Source of the DNA: an uncultured bacterium
GTDB taxonomy: Bacteria; Zixibacteria; MSB-5A5; UBA10806
Reading direction: 5' to 3'
Length of the DNA stretch: 64,000 nucleotides
Assembly (NCBI GenBank): GCA_965541585.1
Contig: CBEUCH010000001.1
Location: 160,001-224,000 of the forward strand
The stretch's first letter is position 1, and every line of letters begins with the position of its first letter. The notes under the pieces are model-generated. The model ran no database searches. It was not told the origin of the DNA and worked only from the letters and a program-made list of their open reading frames with translations. The translations under genes and the position numbers were made by a program. Of the stretch, positions 29,439-39,955 are shown piece after piece.

Positions 29439-30562
29439 CAGCGATCGACCTCCGGAAGAATGACATCGATCGAGCCGAATATGGCCACCAGGTCGGCAAT
29501 CTTAAGGCCGATTGATATCGGCCCCAGGACCTGCAGGTTGCCATAAGAGGCGGTCCTTATCTTGACGCGATACGGTTTCTTATCACCGGTGGAGACAACG
29601 TAATAACCCATCTCTCCTCTGGGGGCCTCGATACGGGAAAACACCTCTCCGGCCGGAGCTCTAAATACGGCGGGAAGCTTGGCACGAACAATATCGCCTT
29701 CGGGCAAACCGTCCAGGGCTTGTTCGACTATTCTGCACGACTGCCGGAATTCCTCGATCCGAACCATATATCTGTCCCAGACGTCGCCGTTCTTGCCGAC
29801 AGGGATATCAAAATCGAACCTGTCGTAGATGGAATATGGCTCGGCCTTTCTTATATCCCACTTGAAATTCGAGCCGCGGATAGTGGGGCCCGAGGCGCCG
29901 AGATCCTTCGCCAGATCCAGAGGCAGGATACCGATACCCTTGGTGCGGCTCAGAAAGATGGGGTTTTCAGTTAAGATTGCCTCGTAATCATCCACTTTCT
30001 TTCGGAAATCCTTTATAAATCCCCGACAGGATTTTTCAAATTCGGGCGGGATATCCCTTGAGACTCCACCTATCCTTATATAATGATAAGTTAATCTCTG
30101 ACCGCAGGTCATCTCGAAAAGATCCAGAATCCATTCCCGTTCGCGGAACGCGTAGAGGAAAGGAGTTATCGCTCCCAGGTCGAGAGACATAGTTGCCAGC
30201 CAGATCAAATGCGATGCGATTCTGTTTAGTTCTACCATGATAACGCGCAGGTACTCGGCGCGCTCCGGCACCTCGATTCCAGATAGTTTTTCTATAGCCA
30301 CTGCCCAGGCCAGATTTGAAGGCATGGAGGCACAGTAATCTATGCGGTCGGTGTAGGGCATGAACTGGTTATAGGTACGGTTTTCGGCGATCTTTTCAAT
30401 GGAGCGATGGAGGAATCCCACGTGAGGAGTTAATTCCCTGATGAATTCGCCCTCCATTTTGAGAACCAGGCGAAGCACCCCGTGGGTAGAGGGATGCTGG
30501 GGACCCATATTTATTAAAAATTCTTCTTCCCGGAGATTTTCTTGATTCACTGCAGATTCCAT
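29438..30562 (-). CDS. nuoD: NADH-quinone oxidoreductase subunit D
   Basis: NMGPQHPSTHGVLRL, DRIDY, EVDR; no hydrogenase CxxC motifs. Confidence 0.97.
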   Translation of the reverse strand: MESAVNQENLREEEFLINMGPQHPSTHGVLRLVLKMEGEFIRELTPHVGFLHRSIEKIAENRTYNQFMPYTDRIDYCASMPSNLAWAVAIEKLSGIEVPERAEYLRVIMVELNRIASHLIWLATMSLDLGAITPFLYAFREREWILDLFEMTCGQRLTYHYIRIGGVSRDIPPEFEKSCRGFIKDFRKKVDDYEAILTENPIFLSRTKGIGILPLDLAKDLGASGPTIRGSNFKWDIRKAEPYSIYDRFDFDIPVGKNGDVWDRYMVRIEEFRQSCRIVEQALDGLPEGDIVRAKLPAVFRAPAGEVFSRIEAPRGEMGYYVVSTGDKKPYRVKIRTASYGNLQVLGPISIGLKIADLVAIFGSIDVILPEVDR

Positions 30563-30565
30563 GTC

Positions 30566-31039
30566 TTATCTTTCCGGCATGGGGATGAAATCCGGACCGG
30601 TCCAGCCTTTTCTCATAGGATAACCATAATCCCAATCCTCATACAACAATAGAGGACTAGGGTCGGGGTGGTTCGTAAATTTTATTCCAAATAGCTCCAG
30701 GGCCTCACGCTCGAACCAGTTTGCAGCCAGCCAGACATCGGAGGCCGTTTCAATCTCGGGATTGTCCTTATCGAGCTTTACCTTGACTACGGCTCTGTGA
30801 TTCTTCTCATGCGAGGCCAGGCACAATACAACCTCAAAACGATCATCGGGATAATGGACTCCGCCCAGTTGGAAGAGGAAATCGAAATCGAGTTCGGGGT
30901 CGCTCCTGGCGAATTCGCAGAGATCGTGATATTTATGTTTCGAGATATATAGATATGGCTCGGGCTGGTCGATTTCCGAGACCTCGATATCCGAACCGAA
31001 TTTATCTTTGAATTTGCCGGTTATTTCTTCTTTAGTCAT
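30566..31039 (-). CDS. nuoC: NADH-quinone oxidoreductase subunit C
   Basis: ANWFERE..ELFGI.F.NHP, GYPMRK. Confidence 0.95.
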   Translation of the reverse strand: MTKEEITGKFKDKFGSDIEVSEIDQPEPYLYISKHKYHDLCEFARSDPELDFDFLFQLGGVHYPDDRFEVVLCLASHEKNHRAVVKVKLDKDNPEIETASDVWLAANWFEREALELFGIKFTNHPDPSPLLLYEDWDYGYPMRKGWTGPDFIPMPER

Positions 31040-31080
31040 TAGCCGTGAGAAGTATCCTTGTGAGTGGCAGGCTCTGAAAG

Positions 31081-31605
31081 TTAAGCCTTTTTCCTGTCAG
31101 ATGCCCAGTCTGAGAGCTTTTCCTTTTTGATTTTCTGTTGCAGCTTCAGACAACCCTCCATGAGCGATTCCGGCCTTGGAGGGCAACCGGGGATGTAAAC
31201 ATCGACCGGAATGATCTGATCTATTCCCTTTAGAACGGAGTAGCAGTCGTAGTAAAAAGGTCCACCACTGCAGGCGCAGCCTCCCATAGCGATCACGTAG
31301 CGAGGCTCGGCCATTTGTTCATGCAAGAGCTTGACCCGCCTGGCCATCTTGTGGGTTACTGTGCCGGCAACAAACATCAGGTCCGCCTGCCTGGGCGAGG
31401 CCCTGAAAATCATGCCGAAACGATCGAAATCATATCTGGAGGCGCCCGTGGCCATCATTTCTATGGCGCAGCATGCCAGGCCAAACAGCATATACCAGAG
31501 CGACGATGCCCGGGACTGATTGAGGACCCAGTCCATGCTGGTGGTCACGATGCCGCCCCCCGGCAGCCTCTCTATATAAGCCGGAGCTTTCTCTATCAGA
31601 CCCAC
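31081..31605 (-). CDS. nuoB: NADH-quinone oxidoreductase subunit B
   Basis: [25 protein letters not shown]. Confidence 0.97.
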   Translation of the reverse strand: MGLIEKAPAYIERLPGGGIVTTSMDWVLNQSRASSLWYMLFGLACCAIEMMATGASRYDFDRFGMIFRASPRQADLMFVAGTVTHKMARRVKLLHEQMAEPRYVIAMGGCACSGGPFYYDCYSVLKGIDQIIPVDVYIPGCPPRPESLMEGCLKLQQKIKKEKLSDWASDRKKA

Positions 31606-31952
31606 TTTAAAGCTCCCTTTCTCCAGGCATAAATCAAACCGAATATCAGGATCGCCAGGAATATGAACATCTCTATCAACGCGAATAAACCCAGCTTTTT
31701 GAAAGCTACCGCCCAGGGGAAAAGAAATACGACCTCAACATCGAAAATAACGAAGATCAGAGCGAATATGTAGTAACCCACATTATACTGTATCCACGAT
31801 GGCCCCATGGCCGCCTCGCCGCACTCGTAACTCTGGAGCTTTACTTTGCCCGGGCGGTGAGGACGTAGCAGCTTGGCTATAAGGAAGGTTACCAGGACAA
31901 AACCAACTCCAATCAGAAGGAATATCCCTATTATCGAGTAATCATCCAGCAT
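31596..31952 (-). CDS. nuoA: NADH-quinone oxidoreductase subunit A
   Basis: [22 protein letters not shown]. Confidence 0.97.
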   Translation of the reverse strand: MLDDYSIIGIFLLIGVGFVLVTFLIAKLLRPHRPGKVKLQSYECGEAAMGPSWIQYNVGYYIFALIFVIFDVEVVFLFPWAVAFKKLGLFALIEMFIFLAILIFGLIYAWRKGALKWV

Positions 31953-31967
31953 TTTCAGTATCGCGAT

Positions 31968-31985
31968 TTGTGACTTATTTCACTA
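31968..31985. promoter_or_regulatory. Rex/CRP-type operator upstream of nuoA
   Basis: TTGTGACTTATTTCACTA versus TTGTGAA-N4-TTCACAA (2 mismatches). Confidence 0.55.
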
Positions 31986-32647
31986 TCATCGGTCAGGCCG
32001 AAAAAAGCCTATCCATAGTGAAATGTCAAGATTATTTTTAATAAAATCGGTATATATCGATTTTTAGACCCATATAGATCTGCCAATGCTAAAATATTTC
32101 CAATAATGTGCTTTTTGGATAATCCTTCGGACCATAATTCTCAAACAGAGGATTCAAAATCCGCAAGTCTCTTTTTTTGAATTTTCTTTCTATACGTCGA
32201 CCTTTGAGACCGAGGCGAAACATTTTCCTAATATGTGCGTCGTCTGGATTTAACTGGCCGATAAGAAGCTCGCGCCTCATCCAAAGAAAAAAATGCCATA
32301 ATCAATTCCTGAGGTCTCCGGAAAATCCGATCGGGAATCAGACTGCCAGAATAATTTTTTTAAAATTGGATTTGTTTTATGTGAATTAAAACGAGAGACT
32401 TCTCATGACCATAATTTTCTTAATGAATATTTTAGTGGCGATACTGGTGTCCGTTGATATGCGAAAGCGAAAACGGTGTGTCGGAAATTAAAATAAGAGT
32501 GCATCAGATGAAGGTGATTCATATTTTTTTAAGTGAAAGAATATTCAGAACGATTATGCCTGAAAAATCCGAGTGATAAAAATAAAAACTATTTCATTAT
32601 TTAATTTGACATGAGATCAAACTTCATGATAAAATCTTGACGACAAC

Positions 32648-34429
32648 ATGAAAGTTGCAATCGGAAAATCGAGCAAGAGATTCGCGGAGAATCTCGAACA
32701 GCTGAAGAAAGAGTCGGCCAGACAGATAAAGCAATCGTTTGCTTCTATCGTTACCATAAAAGATTTCCTCTCCGAAACGGAATCGATTGAATCATCGGAG
32801 CGGTATACGAAACTCGTATCCAAGCTTGATTCTGTGGAGAGAAGGCTCTCGAGATTTGAAAGTTCATTGAACGACCGCGTTGGCAAGCTCATACGCGAAT
32901 ACGACAAGCTCAAGACGGAAGTCGAGAGTCTTGCGAAAGAACGAAGTATTTATAAGGCGCTTTACGATCTTTCCATGGACATTTCGTCTCAAAGGGATAT
33001 CAGTGCAGCGCTCCCCTCGGTCGTTCAGACCACGGCGGAAATTCTTTCATGCGACAATGTGGTCCTTCAAATTATTGATGACGATGGATCGATACGGCTT
33101 CAATATGAATCATCTAAGAAAAACGCATCCGGGGAAAAGTATGAACCGTCCAGACAAATGTCCGATGCCGTTCAGGCCACCGGAGATCCTGTTTATATTC
33201 ACATGAAGGAAAAGTTATCTAAGAGTACCGTCTGCTTGCCACTGAAATCCGGCGATACGGTTGTTGGTCTTCTTCATGTAGTCAGGTTCGATCAGGCATT
33301 CAAACAATTTGATCTTGATTTATTAAGAAGCATTTCGGAGAAGATCGCTGTTACGGTGGAATCCAATCGTCTCTTCACGGATTTGGAGGAATCGCGGGAG
33401 TCGCTGATTGAAGATCTTCGGGAAAAATATCAATTCGATGAAATGGTGGGGAATTCTCCTGAAATGGCGCGGGTGCTGGCAATCGTGGCTGATGTTGCCG
33501 AAACCGAGAGCGCAGTACTTATCGAGGGAGGATCGGGAACGGGTAAAGAGCTTCTGGCCCGGGCGATTCATTATAACTCCCGGCGAAAAGACAGGCCGTT
33601 CGTGGCAATAAACTGCGCTGCTATTCCCGAAACCCTGCTGGAATCAGAACTCTTCGGCTACGAGAAAGGAGCATTCACCGGAGCCGTCGCCAGAAAACCC
33701 GGAAAATTCGAGCTCGCCGATGACGGCACCGTTTTTCTCGATGAGATAGGCGAGCTCTCGCCGATCCTGCAGGTCAAGTTACTGAGGTTTCTGCAATCGG
33801 GCGAATTCGAGCCGCTCGGGGCGACATCGGTCAAACATGCAGATGTACGAATTATATCCGCCACCAAGAGAGATCTGGGAAGGATGATCGAGGCCAGCGA
33901 GTTCCGGGATGACCTGTATTACAGAATAAATGTAATAGCCATCGGACTTCCGCCGTTGGCCAAACGGTCGGGAGATATTGAACACCTGGCGAACCATTTC
34001 CTTAAGATATACGCCGAGAAAAACAGCAAAGATATCGAGTCGATCGATGAGAATGCGATGAGTTTCCTGAAAGGCTACAATTTTCCGGGTAATATACGCG
34101 AACTGGAGAATATCATCGAACGTGCAGTTGTGCTTTGCAAGGGTAATGTTCTCTCAAGTAATTACCTGCCGGAACAGGTCAAACATTTTGGGATGCCGGC
34201 CTCGGCGGAACCCTTAAACATCAAGGAGCTGAATGACCTTAAGAAAAGACTTTGGAGAGACGTGGTAGAACCGGTGGAGAGGAGCTTCGCATTGAGATTA
34301 TTGGATGCGAGCGGCGGTAATATCTCTGCGGCGGCGAGATCAGGCGGCTTGCATCGAAAACAACTTCAGCGGATACTCAGAAGGACTAACGTAACATCAG
34401 CAGAGATTCCAACGGAGAAAGACTCGTGA
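32648..34429 (+). CDS. Sigma54-dependent activator (coiled coil + GAF + AAA+ + HTH)
   Basis: [56 protein letters not shown]. Confidence 0.95.
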   Translation: MKVAIGKSSKRFAENLEQLKKESARQIKQSFASIVTIKDFLSETESIESSERYTKLVSKLDSVERRLSRFESSLNDRVGKLIREYDKLKTEVESLAKERSIYKALYDLSMDISSQRDISAALPSVVQTTAEILSCDNVVLQIIDDDGSIRLQYESSKKNASGEKYEPSRQMSDAVQATGDPVYIHMKEKLSKSTVCLPLKSGDTVVGLLHVVRFDQAFKQFDLDLLRSISEKIAVTVESNRLFTDLEESRESLIEDLREKYQFDEMVGNSPEMARVLAIVADVAETESAVLIEGGSGTGKELLARAIHYNSRRKDRPFVAINCAAIPETLLESELFGYEKGAFTGAVARKPGKFELADDGTVFLDEIGELSPILQVKLLRFLQSGEFEPLGATSVKHADVRIISATKRDLGRMIEASEFRDDLYYRINVIAIGLPPLAKRSGDIEHLANHFLKIYAEKNSKDIESIDENAMSFLKGYNFPGNIRELENIIERAVVLCKGNVLSSNYLPEQVKHFGMPASAEPLNIKELNDLKKRLWRDVVEPVERSFALRLLDASGGNISAAARSGGLHRKQLQRILRRTNVTSAEIPTEKDS

Positions 34430-34450
34430 ACAGAGGCCTTAAATGCAAAA

Positions 34451-34537
34451 GTTGCGACTCCGAAGTCGCAACAAGCTTCAGAGGGGATATTCTGGTTTTC
34501 GTAACTATCTCAAATAAATTGCGACGTGAATGTCGCA
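34451..34537. promoter_or_regulatory. Two palindromic upstream activator sequences TGCGAC-N6-GTCGCA
   Basis: 34453-34470 TGCGACtccgaaGTCGCA and 34520-34537 TGCGACgtgaatGTCGCA. Confidence 0.75.
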
Positions 34538-34581
34538 CTTTTTATCTTGTTGATAGACAACAGGATTCGTGGTCGAGGCGG

Positions 34582-34594
34582 TAACGTGTTGAAG
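34582..34594 (-). promoter_or_regulatory. IHF-like site
   Basis: TAAcgtgTTGAag versus YAA-N4-TTGATW, between activator sites and promoter. Confidence 0.5.
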
Positions 34595-34634
34595 TACATG
34601 CCGTTAGGAGCTCAGCCCGGTATTTTCATGAAGT

Positions 34635-34650
34635 TGGCATTGTTTTTGCG
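34635..34650 (+). promoter_or_regulatory. Sigma54 -24/-12 promoter
   Basis: TGGCATTGTTTTTGCG, GG-N10-GC. Confidence 0.8.
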
Positions 34651-34673
34651 TTAGGTGAGTTAGAGTAAACTTT

Positions 34674-35069
34674 ATGAAGGATAGTAAGTTAGCAACGAGA
34701 AATCGGAATCAATTCCCCGAGTTGAAAACACAGGTGGTAGATTCTGCTCTGGAGGTTCATAAGAATATCGGGCTTGGGTTTGGCAGGCAGGAGTATAGCA
34801 GGGCGCTGGCTCACGAACTCGGCCTCAGGGATATACCGTTCGAGCGGAAAAAGAGGGTCAAGCTTTCATATAAAGGGTCTGTTGCCGGCGAATATAACCT
34901 GGATTTTGTTATCCAGAATTCGCTGGTCGTGATGATTTCGACGGGCGAGCATTTAACGGATGCCGATGAAGCGAAGCTTAAAAGCATCTTGAAAGCGATT
35001 AAGTTGGAGTCCGGTCTAATAATAAATTTTTCCAAGGACATCTTGGAGATCGATACCATTCAACGATGA
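34674..35069 (+). CDS. GxxExxY (PD-(D/E)xK fold) family protein, degenerate active site
   Basis: ALEVHKNIGLGF...Y..AL.HEL, YKG..AGEYNLDFV, GLIINF; conserved E and ExK are missing. Confidence 0.85.
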   Translation: MKDSKLATRNRNQFPELKTQVVDSALEVHKNIGLGFGRQEYSRALAHELGLRDIPFERKKRVKLSYKGSVAGEYNLDFVIQNSLVVMISTGEHLTDADEAKLKSILKAIKLESGLIINFSKDILEIDTIQR

Positions 35070-35090
35070 ATCGTGAGAGGAGGTGAAGTC

Positions 35091-35279
35091 ATGCCGGCAA
35101 AGAGAAAGAAAGCCAAGAAGAAAACGGCCAAGAAGAGAACCAAGAAAAGAACGGTGAAGAAAAAGGCCAAGAAGAGAACGGCTAAGAGGAAAACGGCTAA
35201 GAAGAAAGCTAAGAAGAAAGCCAAGAAGAAAGCCAAGAAGAAGGCCAAGAGGAAAACAGCCAAAAGGAGAAAAAGATAA
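35091..35279 (+). CDS. Histone H1-like / protamine-like basic protein
   Basis: 62 aa, 42 Lys/Arg, no acidic residue; strong GAGGAGGTG ribosome site; terminator follows. Confidence 0.88.
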   Translation: MPAKRKKAKKKTAKKRTKKRTVKKKAKKRTAKRKTAKKKAKKKAKKKAKKKAKRKTAKRRKR

Positions 35280-35319
35280 ATAGCAGCTATATTGATAGCT
35301 GATTTGTTTCGTTCTTACC

Positions 35320-35345
35320 AAGTCCGCCATTCGGCGGACTTTTTT
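35320..35345 (+). terminator. Rho-independent terminator
   Basis: AAGTCCGCC-ATTC-GGCGGACTT plus T run. Confidence 0.88.
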
Positions 35346-35385
35346 ATTGGCATTTTGCTGTAAATTTGCTATAGTTTTCGCTCTT

Positions 35386-35766
35386 ATGCTTAGAAGTAGA
35401 ATAAAATCCTATCTTCCGGCAATCGTCTGGGCGGTTTTAATAATGGCCGTATCATCAATCCCTGATCTTTCTACACCCGGCCTGGGCTTTTCAATGATGG
35501 ATAAAATTGTGCATTTCGCTGAATATTTCATTCTCGGGCTGCTTGCGGCAAAGGCCGTCAGCGCCTTTGATAACAGGCCTCTAAGAGTCTTCTGGATATC
35601 ATCGGCGGTGGCATCCGGGTATGGCATATTAGATGAACTTCATCAACTTCTCATACCCGGAAGAACCACGGAAGGACTCGATATGGTCGCCGACATTCTG
35701 GGATCTATTCTCGCTGCGGCCCTATTCGCAAGAAGACTACAAAGACATCTGCCCCGGGTCGGCTAA
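35386..35766 (+). CDS. VanZ family membrane protein
   Basis: DKIVHFAEY, DELHQ..IPGR, D..AD motifs. Confidence 0.9.
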   Translation: MLRSRIKSYLPAIVWAVLIMAVSSIPDLSTPGLGFSMMDKIVHFAEYFILGLLAAKAVSAFDNRPLRVFWISSAVASGYGILDELHQLLIPGRTTEGLDMVADILGSILAAALFARRLQRHLPRVG

Positions 35767-35841
35767 TTGCCAGGTTCTCGAACATGTTGAATAATATTGA
35801 TTTCCCGACGCCGGATATGTTAAATTGGCCTTGATTAATCT

Positions 35842-37137
35842 ATGTCTACTAAGAAAATAAAAGCGATCCACGGCGCGCGAGATATCCTGCCGGATGAGGC
35901 CAATCGCTGGCAGAGGATTATCTCCACCGTTTCACGCATATCGGCAGGATATAACTATGGTTTCATCATGCCGCCGATTTTCGAGGCCACCGAGCTTTTT
36001 GCCCGGGGGATCGGTGAAATCAGCGACATAGTAACCAGGGAAATGTACACATTTGAAGATCAGGGCGGTCGATCGCTCACACTCCGGCCCGAGGCGACCG
36101 CTTCAGTGGTTAGGGCCTATATCGAACATTCCCTTGGAGCAGTCCGGGGGCTGGTCAAGGTCTGGTATGCAGGACCTATGTTTCGACAGGAGCGCCCCCA
36201 GGCCGGAAGGTTTCGTCAATTCTATCAGTTCGGCGCGGAGGCGATCGGTTCCCTCGATCCTGCTCTGGATGCCGAATTGATAAACCTTAATTACGATATC
36301 CTCAGAGATCTGGGTATCGACGATCTGAGGCTGGAGATCAACTCAATTGGCATGCCGGAAGACAGAAAAGCTCACAGGGAAGCTTTCATCCAGTTTGTGG
36401 AACCTGATCTGAAAAGATACTGCCAGGATTGTCAGAGGCGTTTTCGATCCAATCTGTTGAGGATGTTCGATTGCAAGGAGAATTCCTGCCAGAATCTTCT
36501 GTCCGATGCGCCTGTAGTGTTCGATTATCTTCTCGATGAGAACCGGCGGCACTTCGATGAAGTTCTCAAATATCTCGAGATCGCAGATCTGCCGTTTACA
36601 CTTAATAAGAGACTCGTGCGCGGACTCGACTATTACACGAGGACGGCGTGGGAGTTCAAATCGGGAAAGCTCGGCTCGCAGGATTCCATTTCCGGCGGCG
36701 GCAGATATGATCTGTTGGTAGGGCAGCTTGGTGGTTCGCCGACACCCGGTATCGGATTTGCTGCCGGCATAGAACGCATTCTGATGGCGATGCCGTCCAG
36801 GAATGGCTCAAGCCATCGAGAGGAATTCGGGTTTTTTATTGCCATCGGAGACCAGAAATTCAAAGCGGAGGCTTTTAAGCTTTTGAAAGCGATCAGGTCT
36901 ATCGGTCTTCCCGCCGATATAGATTATCTGGGACGATCTCTGAAAGGTCAGATGAAACAGGCTGATAAAAGCGGATTGAGTCACGCTATGATCCTGGCTG
37001 AAAGCGAGGTGGCGAGGGGTAAGGTTGCGGTGAGAAACATGCAAAATTCTAAGCAATTTGAACTGACTTTAATCGATATCTATAATACAAAGGATGCTGA
37101 ACAACTGGGAGATCTTATTGAAACAGGACAGCAATAG
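35842..37137 (+). CDS. hisS: Histidine--tRNA ligase
   Basis: [37 protein letters not shown]. Confidence 0.98.
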   Translation: MSTKKIKAIHGARDILPDEANRWQRIISTVSRISAGYNYGFIMPPIFEATELFARGIGEISDIVTREMYTFEDQGGRSLTLRPEATASVVRAYIEHSLGAVRGLVKVWYAGPMFRQERPQAGRFRQFYQFGAEAIGSLDPALDAELINLNYDILRDLGIDDLRLEINSIGMPEDRKAHREAFIQFVEPDLKRYCQDCQRRFRSNLLRMFDCKENSCQNLLSDAPVVFDYLLDENRRHFDEVLKYLEIADLPFTLNKRLVRGLDYYTRTAWEFKSGKLGSQDSISGGGRYDLLVGQLGGSPTPGIGFAAGIERILMAMPSRNGSSHREEFGFFIAIGDQKFKAEAFKLLKAIRSIGLPADIDYLGRSLKGQMKQADKSGLSHAMILAESEVARGKVAVRNMQNSKQFELTLIDIYNTKDAEQLGDLIETGQQ

Positions 37138-38965
37138 TATATTCAAGACCAATCTCAGAACCCATACCTGTGGCCAGCTCGGCGATTCTGATATTGAGCG
37201 GAAAGTGGCCATCTGCGGCTGGGCTCACGGTCATCGCGATCTGGGGGGATTGATTTTCATAGATATCAGGGATAGATGGGGGATTACCCAGGCAGTGTTC
37301 GATCCCGACATCGTCGGCAAGGAATGCATGGATACGGCACGATCGGTTCGCTATGAATTTTCAATTCGTGTTACAGGGACGGTCAGGAGTCGACCGGAGG
37401 GAATGCAGAACAAGCAAAATCCCACCGGCACGATAGAAGTCCGGGCAGATTCTATCGAGATATTGAATAAATCCCGGACGCCGCCATTCATGGTGGAGGA
37501 CGATACAACTGCTTCGGAGGATCTGAGGTTGAAATACAGGTATCTCGATCTGCGACGTCCGGTTCTCAAGAATAAGATCGAGTTGCGCCACCGCGCCGTT
37601 CTAACGGTGCGCAAGTATCTGGATTCTCAGGGATTCGTGGAGATAGAGACTCCTCTTCTGATGCGGTCCACACCCGAGGGAGCGCGCGACTATATCGTGC
37701 CCTCGAGAGAACAAAAGGGGAAGTTCTACGCACTGCCGCAATCTCCCCAACTTTTCAAGCAGATATTGATGGTATCCGGATTTGACAGGTATTTTCAGAT
37801 GGCACGCTGCTTGCGGGACGAGGACCTCCGGGCCGATCGACAGCCGGAGCATACTCAAATAGATATGGAGATGTCTTACGTCACCGCCGACGATGTCTTT
37901 CGTGTGGTTGAGGGAATGATGAGAGATCTTTTCAGAACTGTGCTCGGCGATGATATCACGGTTCCTTTCCAGCGGTACACCTATCGCGATGTGATGGATA
38001 GATATGGAAGCGATAAACCGGATTTGCGATTTGGCCTGGAGATAGTCGATCTCTCCGATAAGTTCGCTGGCACAGAATTCAATATATTTTCTGATGTTCT
38101 TTCCGGCGGCGGTATCATAAGGGGCATAAATTATAAAGGAGGGGTGTCGATTTCGCGAAAGCAGATAGACAATTTGACCGAAATCGTACGTCACGCAGGA
38201 GGCAAGGGATTATCATACATCGGCCGGACCGATGACGGTCTCAGATCGCCAATTGCGAAAAATATCAGTGAGGCTCAAATTCAAGCAGTCTCGGGGAAAG
38301 CCGGTATCGAGGTGGGTGATATTTTATTCATTGTAGCCGATAAATGGGGAGTGGTCTGCGATGCACTGGGCGCCGTTCGCAAGGAGCTCGGCAAATCGAT
38401 ACCACGCGCAGGCGATGGCAAATGGGCACCTCTCTGGGTTTATGAGTTCCCGTTATTCGAGTATAAACCCGAATCCGGTCGTTTCGACGCCATGCATAAT
38501 ATTGTAACATCGCCGTACAAGGAGGATATGGTCAAACTCGATTCGGGTTTTAAGTCGGATCTTGATTTGCATGATCCCGCTCATCCCTGGGCCAGTATTC
38601 GGGCCAACCAGTATGATCTGGTTCTCAATGGTGTTGAGATAGCCTCCGGAGGTATCCGGATTCACGACCGGGATGTTCAGGAGAAGGTGCTGGCTGTCAT
38701 GGGCATCGATTCTGTCCGGGCCGAGAAGATGTTCGGTTTCTTATTGCGAGCCCTTCAGTATGGCGCCCCGCCTCATGGAGGTATAGCTCCCGGCTTTGAC
38801 AGGATTGTGGCGCTGATGACGGATTCTGAATCTTTGCGCGATGTTATAGCCTTTCCAAAAACGACGGCGGCCCAGTCATTGATGGATGGTTCGCCCGCCG
38901 AGGTAGATCCTCAGCAGCTGGATGAGCTCGGCATTTGTATCAAGAGTCAAAAAGATAAAGATTGA
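37118..38965 (+). CDS. aspS: Aspartate--tRNA ligase
   Basis: [44 protein letters not shown]; probable TTG start after GGAG. Confidence 0.97.
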   Translation: MKQDSNSIFKTNLRTHTCGQLGDSDIERKVAICGWAHGHRDLGGLIFIDIRDRWGITQAVFDPDIVGKECMDTARSVRYEFSIRVTGTVRSRPEGMQNKQNPTGTIEVRADSIEILNKSRTPPFMVEDDTTASEDLRLKYRYLDLRRPVLKNKIELRHRAVLTVRKYLDSQGFVEIETPLLMRSTPEGARDYIVPSREQKGKFYALPQSPQLFKQILMVSGFDRYFQMARCLRDEDLRADRQPEHTQIDMEMSYVTADDVFRVVEGMMRDLFRTVLGDDITVPFQRYTYRDVMDRYGSDKPDLRFGLEIVDLSDKFAGTEFNIFSDVLSGGGIIRGINYKGGVSISRKQIDNLTEIVRHAGGKGLSYIGRTDDGLRSPIAKNISEAQIQAVSGKAGIEVGDILFIVADKWGVVCDALGAVRKELGKSIPRAGDGKWAPLWVYEFPLFEYKPESGRFDAMHNIVTSPYKEDMVKLDSGFKSDLDLHDPAHPWASIRANQYDLVLNGVEIASGGIRIHDRDVQEKVLAVMGIDSVRAEKMFGFLLRALQYGAPPHGGIAPGFDRIVALMTDSESLRDVIAFPKTTAAQSLMDGSPAEVDPQQLDELGICIKSQKDKD

Positions 38966-39955
38966 ATGGCTGCTCTTGTTCAAAAGATGGTAGACGTCAG
39001 CGAGGTCGATCCCCGGCTTCTCTATGGTGCGCATCATTCCCACCTGGGCCTGATTGAAGAGGAGCTTGATGTTCAGCTCGTGGCAAGGGGCGATTGGATC
39101 AACATAAGGGGAGATTCCGAGAAGGTCGAAAGGGCCGAGAGAATAATTTATGATATTATCGACCACGTGAAGGCCACCGGCGAACTTAACGATCGCTATA
39201 TTCTATACTCCATTGCGATTATCAGGGATGAAGGCATTGCTCCTTCCCCGGAGGTCGACAGGGATCCGGGCCTGATCATATCCACCTCCACCCGCAAGGC
39301 TATCAAACCAAGAACCGTTGGCCAGAAGAACTATGTTGGTTTGATTGAATCGAAAGACATAGTTTTCGCTATCGGACCGGCAGGGACAGGCAAGACGTAT
39401 CTGGCGGTCGCCAAAGCGGTGCAAGCGTTCCGACAAAAGCAGGTCTCGAAGATTGTCCTGACCAGGCCTGCTGTAGAGGCGGGTGAAAGTCTTGGATTCT
39501 TGCCAGGCGACATTCGCGCCAAGGTCGATCCCTACCTGCGGCCGCTTTATGACGCACTTCATGATATGATGGCTTTTGAAAAAATGAAAAAGCTGATGGA
39601 GATCGGGATAATCGAGATAGCTCCTCTGGCCTTCATGAGGGGCCGGACCCTCAGCAACGCCTTCGTTATACTGGACGAGGCTCAAAACACCACGAATCGT
39701 CAGATGTTCATGTTTCTGACAAGGCTGGGGGAGGGATCGAAAGCAGTGATTACCGGTGACGTCACCCAGATAGATCTCGAGGAGCGAAAGGCCTCCGGAC
39801 TCCTGCCGACCCAGAAAATTCTCGGGCATATCGCCGGCATTGGCTTTATAGAGCTTACTGAAAAGGACGTGGTTCGGCATAGATTGGTACAGGATATCAT
39901 AGGGGCTTACGATAAGCGTTCGGCTGCAAAGAGAAGACAGAAGAGGCGGTCGTGA
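38966..39955 (+). CDS. phoH: PhoH family ATPase
   Basis: GPAGTGKT, RPAVEAGESLGFLPGD, FMRGRT, DEAQN. Confidence 0.95.
   Translation: MAALVQKMVDVSEVDPRLLYGAHHSHLGLIEEELDVQLVARGDWINIRGDSEKVERAERIIYDIIDHVKATGELNDRYILYSIAIIRDEGIAPSPEVDRDPGLIISTSTRKAIKPRTVGQKNYVGLIESKDIVFAIGPAGTGKTYLAVAKAVQAFRQKQVSKIVLTRPAVEAGESLGFLPGDIRAKVDPYLRPLYDALHDMMAFEKMKKLMEIGIIEIAPLAFMRGRTLSNAFVILDEAQNTTNRQMFMFLTRLGEGSKAVITGDVTQIDLEERKASGLLPTQKILGHIAGIGFIELTEKDVVRHRLVQDIIGAYDKRSAAKRRQKRRS

Noticed and set aside
29438..30562. Group 4 NiFe hydrogenase interpretation of the nuo cluster
   Set aside because: NuoD lacks both CxxC nickel-binding motifs, and nuoA/J/K are present.
32089..32389. Small ORFs in the nuoA-activator intergenic region
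   Set aside because: No recognisable motif or ribosome site; more likely AT-rich regulatory DNA.
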